This document shows, piece by piece, positions 39,167 through 49,565 of a stretch of DNA of 64,000 nt. Below the pieces are notes generated by a model. The model did not search any database and had not been told where the DNA came from. It was given only the letters and a program-made list of their open reading frames with translations. Source of the DNA: Deferribacterales bacterium (GTDB lineage Bacteria; Chrysiogenota; Deferribacteres; Deferribacterales; Geovibrionaceae). Location: contig JBFWMA010000007.1 in the NCBI GenBank assembly GCA_050251875.1, positions 64,001 through 128,000 of the forward strand, in the 5' to 3' direction. How positions within the stretch are numbered: the first letter of the stretch is position 1; each line of letters starts with the position of its first letter. Position numbers and translations under genes: made by a program.

Positions 39167-39175
39167 TAAACAAAG

Positions 39176-40387
39176 CTAGCTGCCAAAATCGTCAAAGAAT
39201 ATATTATCCGGCTCAACTCCCAGACTGTCCAGCATACTCAGCACAGCCGAAATCATCATGGGAGGACCGCAGAGATAATACTCTATGTCTTCAGGCGCTT
39301 CATGATTTTTAAGATATTCATTCAGCACCACGTTATGTATGAATCCCGTGTAGCCTGTCCAGTTGTCCTCCGGCATGGGATCAGACAGAGCGATGTTCCA
39401 TTTAAAATTAGGAAACTGTTTTTCCAGCTCTTCAAAATCCTCCAGATAAAACAGCTCCTTCAGGCTCCGTCCGCCGTACCAATAGCTTATCTTTCTGCCG
39501 GCATTCAGCCTCTTTAGCTGGTCGAAGATTATCGAACGCAGAGGAGCCATGCCCGCACCGCCTCCGATAAAAACCATCTCTTTGCCGGTCTCTCTGCCGT
39601 AAAACTCGCCGAAAGGTCCCGCAATAGTTACCTTATCACCCGGTTTTCTGCTCCAGACATATGATGAGCCGATGCCGGGGGGCACTTTTTTGCCGAAGGG
39701 GGGTGTTGCGATCCGCACGTTCAGCTTCACGATGCCCTCTTCCTCCGGATAGTTCGCCATGGAGTAGGCACGCTGAGCCTCCTCCTTAACCACGCTCTCT
39801 ATTTTGAAAAAACCGAATTTTTCCCAGTCGCCTCTGTACTGCTCCGGTATGTCCATATCGCTGAATTTGCACTCATACGGAGGCACAACCACCTGAATAT
39901 ATCCGCCAGCTCTGAAATCGACCTTTTCAGGCACTCTCAGAACAAATTCCTTGATAAAGGTAGCCACGTTGTCGTTGGATATTACCTCGCACTCAAAACG
40001 CTTGGCGGCAAAAACCTCGGCGTCCAGCTCTATCTTCATATCCTGCTTAACGGCTGTCTGACAGGAGAGCCTCATGCCCTCCTTCTCCTGTTTGCGGTTG
40101 ATATGGCTCTTCTCAGTGGGCAGGATGTCTCCGCCGCCCTCCAATACCTTTACACGGCACTGACCGCAGGCACCGCCGCCGCCGCACGCTGATGAAACGA
40201 ATATCCCGTTATCCGCCAGAGCGTTCAGCAGTTTTCCGCCGACATTAACCGTCAGGTCTTTTTCGCTGTTGATGTTTATGGTTACTGTTCCGGCAGCCAC
40301 CAGCATGCGTCTGGCGTTGATGATGACCCCCACCAGAAGAAGAATGACAACCGTAAAGACCGCTACTCCCATTAAAAGCACTGTCAT
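39176..40387 (-). CDS. nqrF: Na+-translocating NADH:quinone reductase subunit F
   Basis: [10 protein letters not shown] 2Fe-2S motif, [22 protein letters not shown]-terminal DDFG. Confidence 0.96.
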   Translation of the reverse strand: MTVLLMGVAVFTVVILLLVGVIINARRMLVAAGTVTININSEKDLTVNVGGKLLNALADNGIFVSSACGGGGACGQCRVKVLEGGGDILPTEKSHINRKQEKEGMRLSCQTAVKQDMKIELDAEVFAAKRFECEVISNDNVATFIKEFVLRVPEKVDFRAGGYIQVVVPPYECKFSDMDIPEQYRGDWEKFGFFKIESVVKEEAQRAYSMANYPEEEGIVKLNVRIATPPFGKKVPPGIGSSYVWSRKPGDKVTIAGPFGEFYGRETGKEMVFIGGGAGMAPLRSIIFDQLKRLNAGRKISYWYGGRSLKELFYLEDFEELEKQFPNFKWNIALSDPMPEDNWTGYTGFIHNVVLNEYLKNHEAPEDIEYYLCGPPMMISAVLSMLDSLGVEPDNIFFDDFGS

Positions 40388-40992
40388 AGCTTTATCCCCG
40401 AAAACAGCATAAAGGCGATAGCCATTATGCCAGCAGTAATAAATGTTATGCCCATACCTCCGAGCCCTCTTGGGGTGTCGGCGTATTTTATCCTTTCACG
40501 GATGGCCGCCATGGTTACGATTGCCAGCGCCCAGCCTATGCCCGAGCCCAGACCGAAAACCACAGATTCGCCGAATCCGTAATCACGCTGAACCATAAAG
40601 AGCGAACCGCCCAGAATAGCGCAGTTAACCGTTATCAGCGGAAGGAATATACCCAGAGCGGAATAGAGAGACGGAACGTATTTGTCCAGCGCCATCTCCA
40701 GAATCTGCACTATAGCGGCGATCAGACCGATGTATGTCACCAGCCCGATGAACCCCAGATCGAGATCGGGAAAGCCCATCCATGTCAGAGCGCCCTCTTT
40801 CAGAACAAACCTGTAGAGCAGGTTGTTCGCCGGAACGGTGATAGCCTGCACCACCACAACAGCGATGCCCAGACCAAAAGCCGTCTCCACCTTCTTCGAC
40901 ACGGCGATGAAGGTACACATGCCCAGAAAGAAGGACAGAGCCATGTTTTCTATGAATATAGATTTTATAAAAAGCGAAAGATATGCTTCCAT
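40384..40992 (-). CDS. nqrE: Na+-NQR subunit E
   Basis: [24 protein letters not shown]. Confidence 0.95.
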   Translation of the reverse strand: MEAYLSLFIKSIFIENMALSFFLGMCTFIAVSKKVETAFGLGIAVVVVQAITVPANNLLYRFVLKEGALTWMGFPDLDLGFIGLVTYIGLIAAIVQILEMALDKYVPSLYSALGIFLPLITVNCAILGGSLFMVQRDYGFGESVVFGLGSGIGWALAIVTMAAIRERIKYADTPRGLGGMGITFITAGIMAIAFMLFSGIKL

Positions 40993-40993
40993 G

Positions 40994-41605
40994 TTAATCC
41001 TCCGCCTTCACTACTGTCAGTCTGGCTATCCATATCAGTATGCCTATCAGAAAGAAGGCGCTGGGTGCCAGCAGAAAAAGCCCGTTGGGATGATACCATC
41101 CGCCGGAATTGACAGAGGGCATAATGGTGAAGCCGAACAGTTTTCCGGAACCCACCAGCTCTCTTATGGTGGCGATGACTATCAGAACCAGACCATAACC
41201 AGAGCCGTTGCCCAGACCGTCCAGAAAGCTCCTGAACGGCGGGTTGCTGATGGCGTATGCCTCTGCCCGCCCCATGATGATACAGTTGGTGATGATAAGC
41301 CCCATAAAGACCGACAGCTGTTTGCTGATCTCGAACATATACGCCTTAATGATCTGGTCGGCGATGATAACCAGTGTCGCCACTATAGTCATCTCTATGA
41401 TAAGCCTGATGCTGGACGGCATATAGTTTCTGAGAGCAGATATAAAAAGGTTGGAAAACGCCACGACCGCAGTCACGGACACAGCCATAACCAGCGTCAC
41501 TTCCAGCTTGGTAGTAACAGCCAGCGTGGAGCAGATGCCCAGCACCTGCACGGCGATGGGGTTATTCTTTATGATAGGGTCGGTCAGTGTCTTTATGTTT
41601 GACAT
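40994..41605 (-). CDS. nqrD: Na+-NQR subunit D
   Basis: [35 protein letters not shown]. Confidence 0.95.
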   Translation of the reverse strand: MSNIKTLTDPIIKNNPIAVQVLGICSTLAVTTKLEVTLVMAVSVTAVVAFSNLFISALRNYMPSSIRLIIEMTIVATLVIIADQIIKAYMFEISKQLSVFMGLIITNCIIMGRAEAYAISNPPFRSFLDGLGNGSGYGLVLIVIATIRELVGSGKLFGFTIMPSVNSGGWYHPNGLFLLAPSAFFLIGILIWIARLTVVKAED

Positions 41606-42363
41606 TAAGCACCCCCCTCTTTCAGTTTATTCAGATATTTCCCGAATCCGTCAACGCCCATCCAGAAGCGTACTGTGTTTTCCACGCCACGGCTTGTCAT
41701 TGTGGCGCCGCTGAGAGCGTCCACCTGGTGCTCACCCGCTGCGCCGCCCTTCACCACGGACAGAGCCACTGAGCCGTCCTCGGAGTATATTTTCTTGCCC
41801 ACCCACTGAGCTTTCCAGATGGGGTTGTCCACCTCTCCGCCCAGACCGGGTGTCTCGCCGTGCTCATAGAATGTGATTCCGCTCACGGTGTCCATATCGC
41901 TGTTCAGCGCCATGAAGCCGTAAAGTGTGGACCACAGACCGGAGCCGTATATCGGCAGAATCAGCTTGTTTATCTTTCCGCTTTCGTCACGGATTATAAA
42001 TACGGGAATTTTGGCAGGGATGCTCTTTATCACAGCCACATCCTGCTGTTTTGACAGATGAACGGCATCGGGCATAGTCGCCAGCCTTTTGATGCTTTCG
42101 AAGTATTTTCCGGCGTCAGCCTTCACAGCCTCTCCCGTGCGCATGTCCACCATATAGGTTTCCACCTGTTCGAACGCTTTGGCAACATCGGTGTCGCCAT
42201 GCAGATAACCGCCGGCGAGCAGAATGTTCTTCTTCCGCTCCAGCTCACGGTTCATATCCTGTTTCGGCTTCAACAGCACGTTTGCGCCCGCCACAAAGAA
42301 GGAGCAGATTACAGCGAGGGTCAAAGCCGTTAAAAATGTTTTAAGATCGCTTTCAGACCGCAC
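41605..42363 (-). CDS. nqrC: Na+-NQR subunit C
   Basis: [17 protein letters not shown]-attachment motif [10 protein letters not shown]. Confidence 0.95.
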   Translation of the reverse strand: MRSESDLKTFLTALTLAVICSFFVAGANVLLKPKQDMNRELERKKNILLAGGYLHGDTDVAKAFEQVETYMVDMRTGEAVKADAGKYFESIKRLATMPDAVHLSKQQDVAVIKSIPAKIPVFIIRDESGKINKLILPIYGSGLWSTLYGFMALNSDMDTVSGITFYEHGETPGLGGEVDNPIWKAQWVGKKIYSEDGSVALSVVKGGAAGEHQVDALSGATMTSRGVENTVRFWMGVDGFGKYLNKLKEGGA

Positions 42364-43543
42364 TTCTCTTCATCCTCCTCTGCATATTCGCTTTCATGAC
42401 AATATAATCTATCAGCGGGGCAAAAATATTTGCAAACAGAACCGCCAGCATGGCTCCTTCCGGATATGCCGGGTTCAGCACCCGCACCAGAGCCGTCATG
42501 GCGCCTATAAGAAGTCCATAGAAAAACTTGCCCTTCTCCGTAAACGTTGCCGACACAGGGTCGGTCGCCATAAACACAGTGGCGAAGGCGAAACCGCCTA
42601 TAACCAGATGCCACTGGGGAGCGAGGGAGAACATGGGGTTGGTATCAGAACCGACAATATTAAAGAGAGATGTGACAGCCACCAGCCCCACAACGGATGA
42701 AACAATGATCCGCCACGAGCCGATTCCCGTCCAGATGAGAAACACTGCGCCGAAAATGCACGCCAGAGTGGAAGTCTCGCCCATAGAACCGGGGATGAAC
42801 CCGAGAAAAGCATCTATCCATGACACATTAATGTGTCCGCCCAGAGACTGAGAGGCAAGAGGTGTGGCATAGCTGTAGCCGTCCACTGCCACCCATGCCC
42901 TGTCGCCTGTGACACCGGACGGATAGCTGAAAAAGAGTATCGCTCTGGCAAACAGAGCGGGGTTTACAAAGTTTCTGCCTGTTCCGCCGAAAACCTCCTT
43001 GCCCAGAACCAGACCGATGGACAGAGCGACCATCGCCTGCCAGATAGGCACTGTGGGGGGAAGAATCAGCGGATAAAGAAGACTGGTAACCAGAAAAGCC
43101 TCGCCTATCTCGTGTTTGCGGATGATGGAGAACAGCAGTTCCCAGAAACCGCCCACGGCGAGCGTGGCTATGTATACGGGTAAAAAGTATAAGGCTCCGT
43201 GAAAGAAGTTCGCCCCTATGCTGTGCGGGTCATAACCCACGCCCATGGCGCTTATCAGGCTGTGCCGCCATCCGGCGAGGTTCTCTGTTCCGGTGGAGGC
43301 TATCACCATGTTCGCCTGATATCCGGTGTTATAGAGAGCCATCAGAACGCAGGGAATCAGCGCTATCACCACGGTCGTCATGATCCGCTTAAGATCGATG
43401 CCGTCACGCAGGTGTGTGCGCCCTTTTGTTCTGTCCATGGGGTTATACAGGAATGTATCCACCATCTCGAATGCGGGGAACCAGCGTTCATACTTGCCGC
43501 CTTTTTCGAAAAGGTGTTTATATTTCTCCAGAAATTTTCTCAT
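42353..43543 (-). CDS. nqrB: Na+-NQR subunit B
   Basis: DLKRIM, KEVFGGTG.N..NPAL, SYATPL, FMATDPVS, YPEG. Confidence 0.95.
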   Translation of the reverse strand: MRKFLEKYKHLFEKGGKYERWFPAFEMVDTFLYNPMDRTKGRTHLRDGIDLKRIMTTVVIALIPCVLMALYNTGYQANMVIASTGTENLAGWRHSLISAMGVGYDPHSIGANFFHGALYFLPVYIATLAVGGFWELLFSIIRKHEIGEAFLVTSLLYPLILPPTVPIWQAMVALSIGLVLGKEVFGGTGRNFVNPALFARAILFFSYPSGVTGDRAWVAVDGYSYATPLASQSLGGHINVSWIDAFLGFIPGSMGETSTLACIFGAVFLIWTGIGSWRIIVSSVVGLVAVTSLFNIVGSDTNPMFSLAPQWHLVIGGFAFATVFMATDPVSATFTEKGKFFYGLLIGAMTALVRVLNPAYPEGAMLAVLFANIFAPLIDYIVMKANMQRRMKRSAV

Positions 43544-43544
43544 A

Positions 43545-44855
43545 TCAGCCCTCCTTCTCTATGTCGGTGAGGGCAGAACGCAGAACGGGAGCATAGTCTA
43601 TCTTTCCTGGGCAGGCATATGTGCAGAGGCTCAGATCCTCTTCGGAAAGCTCCAGACAGCCCAGCTTCTCCGCCGTCTCATAATCTTTTACCAGAAGCGC
43701 CCTGAGCAGATGCGTGGGCAGGATATCCATCGGCATCACCTTCTCGTATATGCCAACGGGAACCATAGCCCTGACACAGCCCTTCATAGACGTGTCGAAC
43801 TCCACGTCTTTTTCGCACAGGACTTTTGACAGGAATATATTTTTGACAGAGTGAACCTTAGCGCCTGGCATCAGCCAGCCCATGAAGGGTCTGTCGGTCT
43901 GTTCCTTAACCACGGAGACCTGATTCATGACGGAAGACAGATAAGCCGTCCCGTCAGAAACTTTCAGTCCGTAAAGCACGGAGCCGTTTATCACTCTGGC
44001 GTTTTCAGAGTCTATTCTGCCGTTTGTAATCTGATCTATCGATGCCCCTTTGACAGTTTTCACATGACAGGGGGATTTTACGCATGTACCGGAGAGGGCT
44101 ATCATTTTTGATTCGTTCAGTTCTTTGTGCTTTATCAGGTAGCCTATGTCTATCACAGTCTGCATGTCCATAGTCCACACGCATCTCTGCATGGACACGG
44201 GGCGCAGAAAGTGAACATGTGTGCCTGTGAGTCCGGCAGGATGCTTCCCGTCAAATATCACAGCGTCATCAGTCACCTTCATGTCGGGGGCGCAGCAGAC
44301 ATATGTCTTATCCGCCAGCATTTTTACCAGCTTCAGCCCTTCGGCGAAATATTCCTCATTGCCCTGATACAGCAGTTTCATGTCGGGCGCCAGGGGTCTG
44401 GTGTCCATACAGTTGACAAAGACCGCCTCGGGCTTGTCATCCGCATGGGGCACAACGGCGAAGGGAAGCCTGCGCAGAGATGTAAAAATACCGGAATCCA
44501 TCAGCAGTTTCAGAGCAGTGCTTCTGTCTGTGTATGATGTGTCGAAGCGGACCGCATCGCCGGACGTTTTTTCTATCACCAGAGACAGAAATTTTCTTTT
44601 GTCGCCTCTGTGGACAGCTTTTACAATTCCGGTGGCAATAGCGGTGAAGACCGCTGAGGGATTTTTCCTGTCGGTGAAAACAGGCTGACCTTTTTTTACG
44701 GTCTCGCCCTCCTTCACCAGCATGGAAGGTTTCAGATTCGGATAATCGTCACCCAAGATTCCAACGCATGAAACAGAGGTCATATCAATGACCTCACCGG
44801 ACGGAGCGCCCTTAATAGGCAGACTCAGCCCCTTTTTTATTTTATAAACTGTCAT
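43545..44855 (-). CDS. nqrA: Na+-NQR subunit A
   Basis: IKKGLSLPI.G, GKHPAG, GSVLYG, LGCLEL.EEDL.LC. Start at MTVYKI. Confidence 0.93.
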   Translation of the reverse strand: MTVYKIKKGLSLPIKGAPSGEVIDMTSVSCVGILGDDYPNLKPSMLVKEGETVKKGQPVFTDRKNPSAVFTAIATGIVKAVHRGDKRKFLSLVIEKTSGDAVRFDTSYTDRSTALKLLMDSGIFTSLRRLPFAVVPHADDKPEAVFVNCMDTRPLAPDMKLLYQGNEEYFAEGLKLVKMLADKTYVCCAPDMKVTDDAVIFDGKHPAGLTGTHVHFLRPVSMQRCVWTMDMQTVIDIGYLIKHKELNESKMIALSGTCVKSPCHVKTVKGASIDQITNGRIDSENARVINGSVLYGLKVSDGTAYLSSVMNQVSVVKEQTDRPFMGWLMPGAKVHSVKNIFLSKVLCEKDVEFDTSMKGCVRAMVPVGIYEKVMPMDILPTHLLRALLVKDYETAEKLGCLELSEEDLSLCTYACPGKIDYAPVLRSALTDIEKEG

Positions 44856-44922
44856 GCCGTTCTCCGAAATCAAAAGAAAGTTAATTTAGTCTTAATATAG
44901 TTTAAACTATGATAGGCAGGTG

Positions 44923-45834
44923 TCAAGATTTTCTGGCTCTCATTATCAGGATTCCGCTGAATCCTACCAGCAGTATACCCAGCAGAGAGAGAGAGTCAGG
45001 GAACATATCCCCCGCAAGCATACCTGTGAACACACTGAACAGCAGCTCGCTGTAGCCAACGGTGCTCATCAGAGCCACACGACCGTAAAAATATGACCGG
45101 GACATGTAATATTGCGCCACCACAGCCACCAGCCCCAGCATGAACATATAAAAAATATCTATGCCCGCCGGAACGAACGCCAGCGAGTTATATCTGGGCA
45201 CGCCCAGAAAGTGCATCACGATGAAATAGAGCGATGAACCGCCCAGTCCCGCCAGAGAGAACGACATTACCATCATTCTGGCGTCATAATAGTTTGCCAG
45301 CCCACGCACCGTGGCATATGCCAGAGCGGCGAAAAAACCGCACCCTATGCCCGCCAGAGAACCGAGCAGAGATATTTCTCCGCTGGGTTTCAGTATGAAC
45401 AGAATCCCTATGAAACCGACTATGATGGATGTCCAGAGCTTGCTTCCGGTCTTCTCTTTCAGCAGAAATCCGCCGATGACAGCCGTGAACATGGGAGACG
45501 TTTTAGAAAACGTGGCGGCAGTGGCAAGAGGCAGAACACTGACCGAAAAGAAGTAAAAAAACATGGCGATAAAGCCGTATACGCCGCGCATAGCCAGCAG
45601 AAAAGGTTTTCCGCCCTGATTGCTGGGTTTGAAGATAAGCATGGAGCCGATGATGAGAGCGAGACTGACTATGTTTCTGAAAAAAATCATCTCCATAGGA
45701 GCGTGATGAACAGAAAGTTTTTTGATGAAAAAACCCATGCACGAGAACAGAAAAGACGCAATGAGCATATAGATGATGCCCTTCATCTCATCGTCAGTAT
45801 TGAACGCTTTGTATGGATTAATTTTTTCCGGCAT
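44923..45834 (-). CDS. EamA/DMT-family transporter
   Basis: About ten TM segments, two EamA-like repeats. Confidence 0.85.
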   Translation of the reverse strand: MPEKINPYKAFNTDDEMKGIIYMLIASFLFSCMGFFIKKLSVHHAPMEMIFFRNIVSLALIIGSMLIFKPSNQGGKPFLLAMRGVYGFIAMFFYFFSVSVLPLATAATFSKTSPMFTAVIGGFLLKEKTGSKLWTSIIVGFIGILFILKPSGEISLLGSLAGIGCGFFAALAYATVRGLANYYDARMMVMSFSLAGLGGSSLYFIVMHFLGVPRYNSLAFVPAGIDIFYMFMLGLVAVVAQYYMSRSYFYGRVALMSTVGYSELLFSVFTGMLAGDMFPDSLSLLGILLVGFSGILIMRARKS

Positions 45835-45882
45835 TAGGGAAATATACGCCTGACGTTTTTATTTGGCAACGGGTTTTAAGCC

Positions 45883-46167
45883 CTATTCTTTGCTTTTAAA
45901 CTCGGGCTCGCCGACATGATGTTTTTTAAAATAATAAGCGCCGAATATAAATATCAGAACAAAAAGCCCGAGAGCGCACAGATTCACAAGAGGACCTTTC
46001 ACAGTGATATTTCGAACCACATACACGGTGAGAAAAATATCAAAAGCAAACAGCACGGCGTAGAGATGTTTCGGCACTCTGTAGGTTATATCCGCCTGAC
46101 ATCCTTCGCACTTCACATCGCCTTCTGATGCTTCCGTCCCGCAGTATGGACATCTGATTCCGCTCAT
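45883..46167 (-). CDS. Zinc-ribbon small membrane protein
   Basis: CPYCG..CEGC followed by two TM segments. Confidence 0.65.
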   Translation of the reverse strand: MSGIRCPYCGTEASEGDVKCEGCQADITYRVPKHLYAVLFAFDIFLTVYVVRNITVKGPLVNLCALGLFVLIFIFGAYYFKKHHVGEPEFKSKE

Positions 46168-46181
46168 ATCTCACCTCTGAT

Positions 46182-47498
46182 TTATTTCAGCGCCGGATCC
46201 GTTCTGAACTCGTCAATATAGCTGTCATTCTCATCAGACCTGTTTTTGGCGTCCGGCACGCAGACACCCGTCTGGAGATAATTTATAGCGGCGGAAAGCA
46301 TAACTTCGTCCGGGTCGCCAAAATCCTTCATGGCATCGGTCGGGTCTGTTTTATAGCAGTCCGGCTCGAATCCGTTGGCGAAATCGCTGTTTCCGTTCAC
46401 ATCGGCGTTTCTGAATGTGATAGCCGTCATAACCATATCACAGTAAGCGACCAAATCCATACCGACATTTTTTCCGACTGTCTTTCTGCCGATCAGATAT
46501 ACGTCTTTATAAGCCTTTATGCTGTTAATCAAAAGCTCGCTGGAAGAAGCGGTGCTGCCGGAGACCAGAAAAACAATCTTTTCCGGATACAGTGGATATT
46601 TGGGAGTCTGAAAATAATAGAAAAAATTGTAAATCGAATAGACTCTGTTGTACTGCATCTCTTCAAACACTTTTCTTTCCAGAGTGCTTCCGAGTATCTG
46701 GCTGGCAAGATATCCGGCGGTGTCGTTCAGTCCCCCGCCGTTGTATCTCAGGTCAATAATCAGTTCCTCCACGTCTCTTCTGGAAAAATAGTAGAAAGCG
46801 GAGTCCAGATCATTATAGTTAGCGTTAAAGTATGAGTAGGCAAGATAGCCTATCATTTTACCGTTTGAGCTGTTTTTAAAAACTTTTGAGCTCAGCACGG
46901 GATAATTATAGTAAGCGGTTTTTGTCAATGTAACGGTGTGAGACACGGAGTCGTAATCAGAATAGACTATTTCATTCTGCACGCCCGCGGCGGAAGGACC
47001 GAAAGCGGCGTCCATCACACTGCTGTCGCTTAACATCGCCGCTGTGGAATAGCCGTTAACAGAGAGTATCTCATATCCTCTTTTCAGCCCGGCGATATCG
47101 GCGGGTGTTCCGGGAATGACATATTTCACATAAATCCGGTTAGAGTATGCGACTAAATTAGTGCCGAGTCCTATGGTCTCGCCATAGTAATAGCTGATCA
47201 AATTCGCCAGAGTATTCAGCCCGCTGAACCTGTCCTGAGAAACTTTCAGATCATTCATAATATCGTATTGAGAAGCGTATAAGGTGTAGTCAAGAACAGG
47301 AGCCTCATCCGCCCACAGATAGGCATCGTGCATATATTTATAGACAAACTTGACTTTGCCTGCCTCCGTGCAGTCGTCCGGGGCATATGAAATCCTGAAA
47401 TATTCATTATTACCAGGGTTGCCGTCAGTGGGAAAAGTCTCTTCGAATCCGCATGAAACCAGAAGAAAAGAAATAAAAAGCATGACAATATATTTCAT
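46182..47498 (-). CDS. S41-family (C-terminal processing) peptidase lipoprotein with PDZ
   Basis: Lipobox LVSC; PA..AGLKRG PDZ; DLRYNGGG, TASSSE, T.GK. Confidence 0.88.
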   Translation of the reverse strand: MKYIVMLFISFLLVSCGFEETFPTDGNPGNNEYFRISYAPDDCTEAGKVKFVYKYMHDAYLWADEAPVLDYTLYASQYDIMNDLKVSQDRFSGLNTLANLISYYYGETIGLGTNLVAYSNRIYVKYVIPGTPADIAGLKRGYEILSVNGYSTAAMLSDSSVMDAAFGPSAAGVQNEIVYSDYDSVSHTVTLTKTAYYNYPVLSSKVFKNSSNGKMIGYLAYSYFNANYNDLDSAFYYFSRRDVEELIIDLRYNGGGLNDTAGYLASQILGSTLERKVFEEMQYNRVYSIYNFFYYFQTPKYPLYPEKIVFLVSGSTASSSELLINSIKAYKDVYLIGRKTVGKNVGMDLVAYCDMVMTAITFRNADVNGNSDFANGFEPDCYKTDPTDAMKDFGDPDEVMLSAAINYLQTGVCVPDAKNRSDENDSYIDEFRTDPALK

Positions 47499-47584
47499 TT
47501 ATCAACACCTTAGGAAAACGTTACGAACCTAATAATAGTCATACAAATAATGTAACGTCAAGGTATTATAATTTAACAATGTTT

Positions 47585-47887
47585 TTATATGAAATAGTGA
47601 AACACCCAGTCCAGCCTGCCCCGCTTTATGTAATATATCCCGCTGAATTTCATGATACGGCGGATTTTGTCCCTCATCTCCGGTTTATAACAGTGAACTT
47701 TGCAGTCCTTGCACTTCGGTTTCGGGTCGAGCGGACAGCGGATATTTCTGGCGAGGGCATATGCCAGCACCTCGGCGCATTCCGGGCAAAGAGTGCCGGG
47801 AGCAACACCGTGGTTTTCCCGGCAGTAGGTATGTATAAAAGCGTTCAGGACTTTCGCGTCCTTTTTCACACGCCTGTCTTTTTTCAT
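47585..47887 (-). CDS. ygbA: YgbA-family (nitrous-oxide-stimulated promoter family) Cys-rich protein
   Basis: YC..H..LCPEC..L.YA..R..RCP..PKP.C.DC.VHCY..MR..MKFSG. Confidence 0.85.
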   Translation of the reverse strand: MKKDRRVKKDAKVLNAFIHTYCRENHGVAPGTLCPECAEVLAYALARNIRCPLDPKPKCKDCKVHCYKPEMRDKIRRIMKFSGIYYIKRGRLDWVFHYFI

Positions 47888-48876
47888 ATGTTTTCCAGCA
47901 TGTCTCCCATGCGCACACGGTTTCTCAGGTCGAGCAGTTTTTTGTCCAGCTCCTGAAGCTCCTCAAGGTTGGCTCTCTCTTTGTCTGTGGTGGCGATGAT
48001 CTTTGCCACGCCCCCGTTTTTTATCACCAGTCTCTTGTCGCCCATCAGCGCCAGTATGGGGTCGTGGGTGGACATCAGAACTATCTTCTCCTCGCCCACC
48101 AGAAGCTGAAGAGCTTTTTTGCGGTCGATGCCTGCGTTCTCTATCTCGTCTATCAGAACGATGGGTGATTTGCTAAGGAAAGCGGTATCCGCTATCATCA
48201 GAGCTCTGGACTGTCCGCCGGAAAGGGATGTGACGGGTGTGTCGCCGTCAAATTTTTCTCCCGCCAGCTCGTTCGCCTTCTCTATTATCAGCTCCACCTT
48301 GTTGTCTATATCCTGCACAAAACGGCTCTCAGCGTGGATGCGCACAAACTCTCTGGCAGTCAGATCCATGACGAAGTTCATGTTCTGGCTCAGCTGCGCC
48401 ACGGGCTTATGCTCGGGCGAAAAACGCCAGCTCTTTTCGGGGTCTTTGCCGTTTATCCTGATATAGCGCTTGGTCGGCGTGTCGCCCATAGCCATCCATT
48501 CGATATCCGCCAGCAGACGGCTCTTGCCCGATCCGGTGGGACCCACTATGCAGATAATCTCGCCGGAGTTAATCTCCAGCTCAAAGTTTTCCGCCTCGCC
48601 TTTTTTGTTTATCCCGCCTGTTATTGTCAGTTTTTCTATAGACGCTGTTTTCTCTGTCATGGAGCCCACAGCCTCTATGAAGGTCACGAAGTTATGTATG
48701 AACTCCGCCGGGTCGATCCCCATATCCTCCAGCTCGGTGTCTGTCAGATTTTTCACAAACTCCTTCACGGATGTCTGCGGGATTCTCAGCCCCTGCGACT
48801 CAAAGAAATCTCCGGCAAAGGGAAACTGTGCCTGTAATTCAGCGAAATCTATATTTATTATCTGTTGTTTATCCAT
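47884..48876 (-). CDS. Stand-alone ABC-type ATPase with extra N-terminal helical domain
   Basis: GPTGSGKS, LSGGQ, LIDEIEN, STHD; no TM. Start at 48876 or 48885. Confidence 0.88.
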   Translation of the reverse strand: MDKQQIINIDFAELQAQFPFAGDFFESQGLRIPQTSVKEFVKNLTDTELEDMGIDPAEFIHNFVTFIEAVGSMTEKTASIEKLTITGGINKKGEAENFELEINSGEIICIVGPTGSGKSRLLADIEWMAMGDTPTKRYIRINGKDPEKSWRFSPEHKPVAQLSQNMNFVMDLTAREFVRIHAESRFVQDIDNKVELIIEKANELAGEKFDGDTPVTSLSGGQSRALMIADTAFLSKSPIVLIDEIENAGIDRKKALQLLVGEEKIVLMSTHDPILALMGDKRLVIKNGGVAKIIATTDKERANLEELQELDKKLLDLRNRVRMGDMLENI

Positions 48877-49564
48877 TGTCCACATCCATTTTTCTGACGT
48901 TGCCCATCTGATACTGAGCCCCTATCCTCTTTTCGCCCAGACAATATGAGCAGAGGGCGGAAGGCATTGAAAATCTGAGGCTTTTTCCGTCCAGAGTATC
49001 AGTCTCGGTGTTTGCATCGGCAAAGAGGGTGGACAGCTCGAAAGCGCCCTGCCCGGTGATGCCGTTCACATGCATTATAGACGCAGTGGGATTCACCGTG
49101 GCGACTCTGGAAGCGAAAACCTCACGCTCCGCCTGAGACACTATGTCTCCTTTGGTTATCACCACCACATCGGCGGATTTCAGCATGGGACCTATCTTCT
49201 TGGGCGTGTTGATGCCTGAGAGGTTGTCTATGACGCACACCGCCAGAATCTCTTTGATGTGCGGACTGCATCTGTTGCAGAGCCCCGCGCTCTCGCTTAT
49301 CAGGATATCTATGCCCTGCTTCTTTCCCCACTCAAAACTTTCGGACACGTTGCTCACGAAATAGTGGTCGGGACACAATGCGCCGGACAGTCCTTTTTTT
49401 ACCGGAATACCCTTCGCCTCATAGAGTTTGTCATCGTCTGTGTAGAGGCAGTCGAACTTCACCACGCCCGCCTTAAAACCACGCTGGCGCAGGCTTTCCA
49501 CGGTTTTTAAAATCACGGCTGTTTTGCCGGATGATGGGGGACCGCTTACAGTCACAAATCTCAT
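48869..49564 (-). CDS. HypB/UreG/CobW-like (G3E) metal-binding GTPase
   Basis: GPPSSGKT, KFDC, LCPDH, ESAGLCNRC, TKGD, C-terminal CSYC. Confidence 0.85.
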   Translation of the reverse strand: MRFVTVSGPPSSGKTAVILKTVESLRQRGFKAGVVKFDCLYTDDDKLYEAKGIPVKKGLSGALCPDHYFVSNVSESFEWGKKQGIDILISESAGLCNRCSPHIKEILAVCVIDNLSGINTPKKIGPMLKSADVVVITKGDIVSQAEREVFASRVATVNPTASIMHVNGITGQGAFELSTLFADANTETDTLDGKSLRFSMPSALCSYCLGEKRIGAQYQMGNVRKMDVDNG

Positions 49565-49565
49565 G

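Noticed and set aside
39176..44855. Rnf rather than Nqr complex
   Set aside because: The A-B-C-D-E-F order and an NqrF with 2Fe-2S/FAD/NADH domains identify Na+-NQR.
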